A stretch of DNA of 64,000 nt from assembly GCA_963675755.2 (NCBI GenBank), contig CAXXMD010000002.1, forward strand, positions 1,920,001 through 1,984,000. The letters run 5' to 3'. The notes under the pieces were generated by a model, which saw only the letters and a program-made list of their open reading frames with translations, searched no databases and had not been told where the DNA came from. The translations under genes were made by a program, and so were the position numbers. This stretch comes from a bacterium. GTDB lineage: Bacteria; Zhuqueibacterota; Zhuqueibacteria; Residuimicrobiales; Krinioviventaceae. Of this stretch, positions 58,894 through 64,000 are shown one piece after another. Every line of letters begins with the position of its first letter. The first letter of the stretch is position 1.

Positions 58894-58902
58894 GAATACA
58901 AA

Positions 58903-59439
58903 TTAAGGACGACCTATTAGCGGTCGTTGTCCTGCTGCAGGAGGTGCCGGTCTGCCACCTCCCTGCCCCTGCGGTGGATGCATTTGAAAGAATTCGCCCA
59001 CTAGTTGTCGCAATTTGTCAACCTGGTTATCCTCGCAAAATGTTTTCAATTCCTGAAAATGAGCAAAGGTTAAACGTTCAATTTCCGTCTGCTTGTCACC
59101 AATTTGTTCAGATAACATTTTAACCTGGGCACTGTCAACTGTATCCTCAAATACCAAATCCATCAGTTGTTTTTTTAGAGCGCGGATCTCTATATTAATA
59201 TCCTGCGCTTTTCTTGCGTGCTGCTGTCGAATTCGGTCCAGTTGCTGCATCTGCTGATCTGACAATCCCAGTTCGCTTTGCAAAAATCGGGATGTACGTT
59301 GTGCGGGTGGGCCCAGTGGCGGCCCCGCAACCGGTTTGTTTTTCTGCATATCCCTTATGATATACAGTGTGAATGCATTCAAAATAATAAGCAATACAAT
59401 GACAAGCATGGTCATTTTTTGTTTTAAAAAGATATTCAT
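58903..59439 (-). CDS. Spy/CpxP/ZraP-like periplasmic sensor or chaperone
   Basis: N-terminal TM segment, ELGLSDQQ (LTxxQ-like), helical body, Pro/Gly tail. Confidence 0.82.
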   Translation of the reverse strand: MNIFLKQKMTMLVIVLLIILNAFTLYIIRDMQKNKPVAGPPLGPPAQRTSRFLQSELGLSDQQMQQLDRIRQQHARKAQDINIEIRALKKQLMDLVFEDTVDSAQVKMLSEQIGDKQTEIERLTFAHFQELKTFCEDNQVDKLRQLVGEFFQMHPPQGQGGGRPAPPAAGQRPLIGRP

Positions 59440-59451
59440 AATTTGCCTCTG

Positions 59452-59790
59452 TTAATTCTCAAAAATAAACAGGTTATTTGAATTGCTGTTCAATGAAAAC
59501 GTTTTGGCAAATTCAATTACCATCTGTTCACGCGAAACCTCTTGAACAGTTTCAGGAGTGGCAAAATAACTGCTAATGGTAAAAATATTGATAGCCGCAA
59601 TCAACACCAGTAAAGCAGGCTTTAAAATCGGCCATATGGTTTGCAGACCAAACCTTTTATGACCAGGATTATCAATCTCTGCTTTGACCCGGTTGTAAAA
59701 CCAGGAATCACCCTCTAGTCGTTCTGATTTCTCAAAACAAGACAGGGTTTTTTCTATTTCCTGCTCTATTTTTTCTTTTTTATTCATCAC
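59452..59790 (-). CDS. Putative membrane anti-sigma factor
   Basis: Small single-TM protein directly downstream of the ECF sigma; D.WFYNRV.A.I motif. Confidence 0.7.
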   Translation of the reverse strand: MMNKKEKIEQEIEKTLSCFEKSERLEGDSWFYNRVKAEIDNPGHKRFGLQTIWPILKPALLVLIAAINIFTISSYFATPETVQEVSREQMVIEFAKTFSLNSNSNNLFIFEN

Positions 59791-59810
59791 AATACTCTTC
59801 CTGATATATT

Positions 59811-59837
59811 TGACGCTAATAGTTTTAAAACCTTGCG
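59811..59837 (-). promoter_or_regulatory. ECF sigma-type promoter between the sigma and anti-sigma genes
   Basis: CGCAAGGTT-N13-CGTCA. Confidence 0.75.
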
Positions 59838-59841
59838 CTGA

Positions 59842-60414
59842 TTATATATTTTTTTCAAAATAATTGTATAATTTATTATGCAAATTCTTTCTGGCCCGAT
59901 GCAGCAGCGACTCTACCGATGATACGGAAGTTTCCAAAATTTCAGCAATTTCTTTATTACTAAATCCATCATACTTGCTCAAGGTAATGGCAGTTTTTTG
60001 ATTTTCCGGTAAGGAGTCTATTGCCGCATTCAGAATATCCGTACGCTCTTTCACTTCCAGATCCTGCAACGGATCACTCTCACTTTTGATGTAAACAGGT
60101 TCAGAATCCTCTCCCTCACCAAAAATCGATAAAACATAACCAAACCGCTTTTTACGTTTCTTTTTTCGCAGCAGATCCAGTGATTTGTTCACTGCGATTC
60201 TATAAATCCAGGTGGAAAGCTGGGCATCGCTTCTAAAGGAATGCACAGACTGATACACCTCTACAAACACTTCCTGAGCGGTATCCTGCGCATCAAGATG
60301 GTTGTGTAAAAAATGAAAGCAGGTGTTCAGTACCTTGTCTTTATACATTTCGACACAGGTCTGAAAAGCCCCTTCATTACCCGCTTTTAATTTTTTGACC
60401 AGCTCATTATCCAT
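59842..60414 (-). CDS. ECF (sigma-70 group 4) RNA polymerase sigma factor
   Basis: DAQDTAQEVF, STWIYRIAVN, LPENQK...FSNKEIAEIL...VESLLHRAR. Confidence 0.95.
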   Translation of the reverse strand: MDNELVKKLKAGNEGAFQTCVEMYKDKVLNTCFHFLHNHLDAQDTAQEVFVEVYQSVHSFRSDAQLSTWIYRIAVNKSLDLLRKKKRKKRFGYVLSIFGEGEDSEPVYIKSESDPLQDLEVKERTDILNAAIDSLPENQKTAITLSKYDGFSNKEIAEILETSVSSVESLLHRARKNLHNKLYNYFEKNI

Positions 60415-60560
60415 AATATTCCGGGATTCTTGAATAAACTACAATATACTCAATTCATGACCATTAATGCAACCCATGAAATGTATCAATCCGACAAAAT
60501 ATATATAAAATTAACATAAATTAATCCGGACAAATAAAATGTGTCGGAATCAACTCGCTA

Positions 60561-60589
60561 TTGATATTGTTTTTAAATTTCAATAAATT
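60561..60589 (+). promoter_or_regulatory. Sigma70-like promoter of the TonB-dependent receptor
   Basis: TTGATA-17 bp-TAAATT. Confidence 0.5.
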
Positions 60590-60635
60590 ACCAAATCCAC
60601 CAAATTAACATAAAATGAACAGGAGAAATGCTTTA

Positions 60636-62777
60636 ATGAAAAGAAAACGAATAGTTGTATTCGGTTTATTGATTCTAGGGGTCGTTTTCAATCAGGCCTT
60701 TTCACAAGATGCACTCAAAAAGTATACATCAGAAGATACCGTATATGTTTCTGCGGACAAAGATCCCAGAATTGCAGAGTTTAACAGTATAGCGATTAAA
60801 ATGCCGTTAACCATGCAAAAAACGCCGGCCACTGTGCAGGCCATTACCCAATCTACTCTTGAAGATCAGAACAGCATGGTACTGTCGGACGCGATGGAGA
60901 ACATTAGCGGTGTAAATCCCCAGAGTGGTTATGGAACACATGATTATTTCATGATTCGTGGTTTCGATACCCTTGAAAACGGATTGATGTTAACGGACGG
61001 AACCATTGAACCCGAAGCGATTATCCACAATATGTATAATATTGAACGCGTTGAAGTATTAAAAGGACCAGGCGCCTTTTTGTACGGTGGCAATCCTCTT
61101 TCAGGGACCATTAATCTTGTACGCAAAATGGCACAATATCAGAACTTTGCCAATGCTACGGTGTCTGGCGGTAGTTTCAATACCATGCGTGGCGTTGCGG
61201 ATGTAAATGTGAGCAACAACAAAGATCTGGCATTCCGTTTTAATGGTGTTTATCAACAATCAGACATGTACCGTGATGACAAAGAAAGCTCAGTATACGG
61301 TATTAATCCCGCGTTTTCATGGAAACCTGCACTGCAAAGCCAGCTGGATGTTAATTACGAATATCTGAACAGCCAGTACAGTCCCGATGCCGGTCTTCCA
61401 CTTTTATTAAATACCAATACCTACCAATTGGATGCTCTTGCAGATGTGCCGCGTGACCGTTCATATCAAACCCCCTTTGATGAATCGGAACAGATCATGC
61501 AGCGACTCAAGATCCATTATACCCATACATTTAACGATCATTTAAAATTGAGTAACCGTTTTTTCTATACCGATCTGAAATGGGATTCGCAGGGTGCCAT
61601 GGTAAACGGTGCATACCCGTCTTTTAACCAGGCTACCATGAGTTTGGTTACAGTGGTGAACCGCAGCATGCAGATTCTTGATGATCATCAAAAAATCACC
61701 GGCAACCAGTTCGAGTTGACATTCAGCAAAGAATTTGGCAAAACCCAATACCAATTACTCACTGGTATTGAGGCCCACCATTTCACCGATGTGTATACCA
61801 TTGATGTCGTCAATTCACTGCCATTCATAGACCTGTATAATCCTGTAGAAACATTTAATGGCGATTTCTCCAACGCTTACCGCTACCAGCAGGGTGACGC
61901 GGTTACCAATACTGTTGCTCCCTATATTATGAACGCATTAACATTACCGCAGGGATTCAATTTTATGGCAGGCGGACGTTTTGATAATGCCACTTATAAA
62001 GACGATCTCAACAGTGTGGACAAGACCTATAAACAGTTCAGCCCCATGGTAGGTGCAGGATACAGCCCCTTTAAATCCACATATCTCTATGCAAATGCAG
62101 GCCAGGCATTTTCCACACCTTCCGTGCGCTTGATGGGCGCACTTGATCCTGAAGAGAGCTTTCAGGTAGAAGCAGGTATTAAACAGAGTTTTCTAAAAGG
62201 GAAAATCAAATCCTCTCTTGCGGTTTACTCGCTCGAGAAAAAGAACATCGCTGTACCAGACCGCACCGGTTTGACCAAACAAGCAGGCAGCCAAAAATCA
62301 CAAGGTCTTGAATTTGAGGTTACTGCTCAAATGACAAAACACTGTGCAAGTATTTTCACCTATGCGTATACCGATGCAGAGATGACGGATTATTCTGAAA
62401 TGCTTATTGTGGGTTATGATGAAATTGGCTATCCTCAATATATGTATACAGACCGTTCAGGAAACAAGGCAACATTTGCACCTGAACACATTCTAAATTT
62501 CTGGCATTGGCGTGAATTTGGAGCATTCGAAATTGGGTTTGGCGTTCGTTATGTAAGCGAACAGTTTATCTATTATGACAATCTGTTCAAAATCGATTCC
62601 TACTATACCCTGAATGCAATGGCGAGCTATTCATTCAAGAACCTGAAATGGTTCATCAATGCAAAAAATATTACAGACAGTGAATATGAATTGAGTGGAT
62701 TTAGTGGATATTCGGTTATTCCGGCGGCACCTTTTGCAATTTACAGCGGTATCCGCTTTAATCTGGATTCTTTATAA
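60636..62777 (+). CDS. TonB-dependent (siderophore-type) receptor
   Basis: Plug motifs IRGF and NIERVEVLKGP...LYG...GTIN; C-terminal NITD...PAAP...GIRFN; AGGAG RBS before ATG 60636. Confidence 0.93.
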   Translation: MKRKRIVVFGLLILGVVFNQAFSQDALKKYTSEDTVYVSADKDPRIAEFNSIAIKMPLTMQKTPATVQAITQSTLEDQNSMVLSDAMENISGVNPQSGYGTHDYFMIRGFDTLENGLMLTDGTIEPEAIIHNMYNIERVEVLKGPGAFLYGGNPLSGTINLVRKMAQYQNFANATVSGGSFNTMRGVADVNVSNNKDLAFRFNGVYQQSDMYRDDKESSVYGINPAFSWKPALQSQLDVNYEYLNSQYSPDAGLPLLLNTNTYQLDALADVPRDRSYQTPFDESEQIMQRLKIHYTHTFNDHLKLSNRFFYTDLKWDSQGAMVNGAYPSFNQATMSLVTVVNRSMQILDDHQKITGNQFELTFSKEFGKTQYQLLTGIEAHHFTDVYTIDVVNSLPFIDLYNPVETFNGDFSNAYRYQQGDAVTNTVAPYIMNALTLPQGFNFMAGGRFDNATYKDDLNSVDKTYKQFSPMVGAGYSPFKSTYLYANAGQAFSTPSVRLMGALDPEESFQVEAGIKQSFLKGKIKSSLAVYSLEKKNIAVPDRTGLTKQAGSQKSQGLEFEVTAQMTKHCASIFTYAYTDAEMTDYSEMLIVGYDEIGYPQYMYTDRSGNKATFAPEHILNFWHWREFGAFEIGFGVRYVSEQFIYYDNLFKIDSYYTLNAMASYSFKNLKWFINAKNITDSEYELSGFSGYSVIPAAPFAIYSGIRFNLDSL

Positions 62778-62806
62778 AAAAAGGGAGCAAATGCTCCCCA
62801 TTTTTT
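62776..62806. terminator. Bidirectional intrinsic terminator
   Basis: A-run, GGGAGCA-AA-TGCTCCC, T-run, located between convergent genes. Confidence 0.75.
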
Positions 62807-63203
62807 ATTCAATAATAATTGCCGGGGGTGACTGGCCCCTGGCAAATTCTTTATCCTTGATACAAAATACAGCATAAGGATTAGAGCCCGATTTTGCTCC
62901 ATTGCCCACATTCAGTACCAGTTTTTGTCCATCCTTCAAAGTGCGGGTATAGTTGCCCACTAGCTTTTCATCCATGAACTGAAAATAAACATCAGAACCT
63001 TCAGCGGTCCAGATGATCTGTTCTCCACGTTTAGAACGAACAACCGATTTTGAATTGTCCTCACTGTCGACTACTCTCCACTCGTTATTGATCTTTTTTA
63101 TGGTTACCTGGTGTTTTTTTACATCTTGTCCCGTCATTGTAAAAAAAAGTCCACTACCCAAAATCAAAACAGATATGAAAAGTAAAATGATATGTTTTTT
63201 CAC
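62805..63203 (-). CDS. Hypothetical exported small beta protein
   Basis: AGGAG RBS, GTG start, signal/TM segment, beta-rich body. Confidence 0.65.
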   Translation of the reverse strand: MKKHIILLFISVLILGSGLFFTMTGQDVKKHQVTIKKINNEWRVVDSEDNSKSVVRSKRGEQIIWTAEGSDVYFQFMDEKLVGNYTRTLKDGQKLVLNVGNGAKSGSNPYAVFCIKDKEFARGQSPPAIIIE

Positions 63204-63224
63204 GTATTCTCCTTTATTTAATGA

Positions 63225-64000
63225 TCAAAAATTGTCAACAATCCCGGCGAACCGATCATCCTGAACAAGCCCCTTTAATTCAGGCTGATATCGGATCTCT
63301 GATACAGAATACCCCATACGGATGGCCCGCTCAATCCAATATAGCGCTACTTCACGGTTCCCCAATTGTTCATAAACCGTTGCAGCTCTATACAATACCG
63401 GTACATTTTCTGGCGCCAGCTTTAAAGAATGCTCTATCAATGCTTTTGATTTTTCATCCTCTCCCAGCATGCTGTAATACGCCGCCAATTGCGATAAAAC
63501 AACCGGATCGTTTTGATTGACATTTTTGCGTTCCAAGGCGCGCGAAATTGCCTGACGATAAGTATCCGCTACAACGGAACTATCATAACCCGCCCAATAA
63601 TATGCAGATGCCAAATTTCCCCATACCTGGTAATCATGTTCATTGAGCTGTAACGCAAGTTTGTACATGTCAATTGCCTTTTTATACTCTCCTTCAATAT
63701 AATACAGGGTTCCCAGGTTGGATGAAGCGCTATAGGTTGGTTTTAATTCAATAGATTTTTCAAACATGTTGCGCGCATCCGGCCAGCGTTTTAAAAGATA
63801 ATAGATTCCCCCCAGATTGTTATAGCCTTTATAGTTATCCGGGGTGAGCGTATTAACCTGTTCAAATTGTACAATAGCTTCATCATATCGTGCTTGTTGA
63901 AAATAAAAAACGCCCAAATCATTGTATCCGCCCCAATAACCGGATTTCAGTTGGATGGCCTTTTTATATGTTTTTTCAGCCTCTTTCTGCATGTTCATCG
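63225..64000 (-). CDS. TPR-repeat protein, C-terminal part (5' end outside the window)
   Basis: Consecutive TPRs (YNDLG, YNNLG, SNLG, WGNLA). The tail AIRMGYS...PEL..L..D.RF resembles that of Ser/Thr kinase-TPR proteins. Confidence 0.85.
   Translation of the reverse strand, partial: MNMQKEAEKTYKKAIQLKSGYWGGYNDLGVFYFQQARYDEAIVQFEQVNTLTPDNYKGYNNLGGIYYLLKRWPDARNMFEKSIELKPTYSASSNLGTLYYIEGEYKKAIDMYKLALQLNEHDYQVWGNLASAYYWAGYDSSVVADTYRQAISRALERKNVNQNDPVVLSQLAAYYSMLGEDEKSKALIEHSLKLAPENVPVLYRAATVYEQLGNREVALYWIERAIRMGYSVSEIRYQPELKGLVQDDRFAGIVDNF

Noticed and set aside
60490-60548. TCCGACA...TGTCGGA inverted repeat upstream of the TonB-dependent receptor as a riboswitch or operator
   Set aside because: Only 7-bp arms about 45 bp apart and upstream of the predicted promoter. 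No cobalamin or TPP riboswitch consensus or clear Fur box was recognised.

Overview
Bacterial DNA, probably from an FCB-superphylum lineage such as KSB1 or Calditrichota. This is inferred from ten proteins ending in an NYPNPFNP-type 'T9SS type A sorting'/FlgD-like C-terminal domain. From left to right the window holds: (1) an IorAB-like molybdoenzyme pair with a PQQ-like beta-propeller gene; (2) TetR plus esterase, Crp plus flavodoxin-fold oxidoreductase, a methyltransferase and a GH28, separated by dense REP/REPIN/MITE mosaics; (3) a 24.4 kb tandem array of seven paralogous secreted ~1100-1190 aa proteins (variable propeller-like N-domain, 2x[FN3 + unnamed domain], 2 or 3 PKD domains, sorting domain), with strict A/B alternation, mosaicism and CDR-like hypervariable loops; (4) GH99-like and GH92 genes; (5) a polymorphic-toxin region with two orphan Rhs tip/immunity cassettes that have matching flanks, an intact IS3, a sulfatase and an orphan SitI6-like immunity gene; (6) an ECF sigma/anti-sigma/Spy-like module with secreted CotH, DUF1566 and arylsulfotransferase genes, sharing a 27-bp ECF-type promoter motif in three copies; (7) a TonB-dependent receptor and a truncated TPR gene. 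No rRNA, tRNA or CRISPR array was seen. All family calls come from motif recognition by eye; no searches were run.
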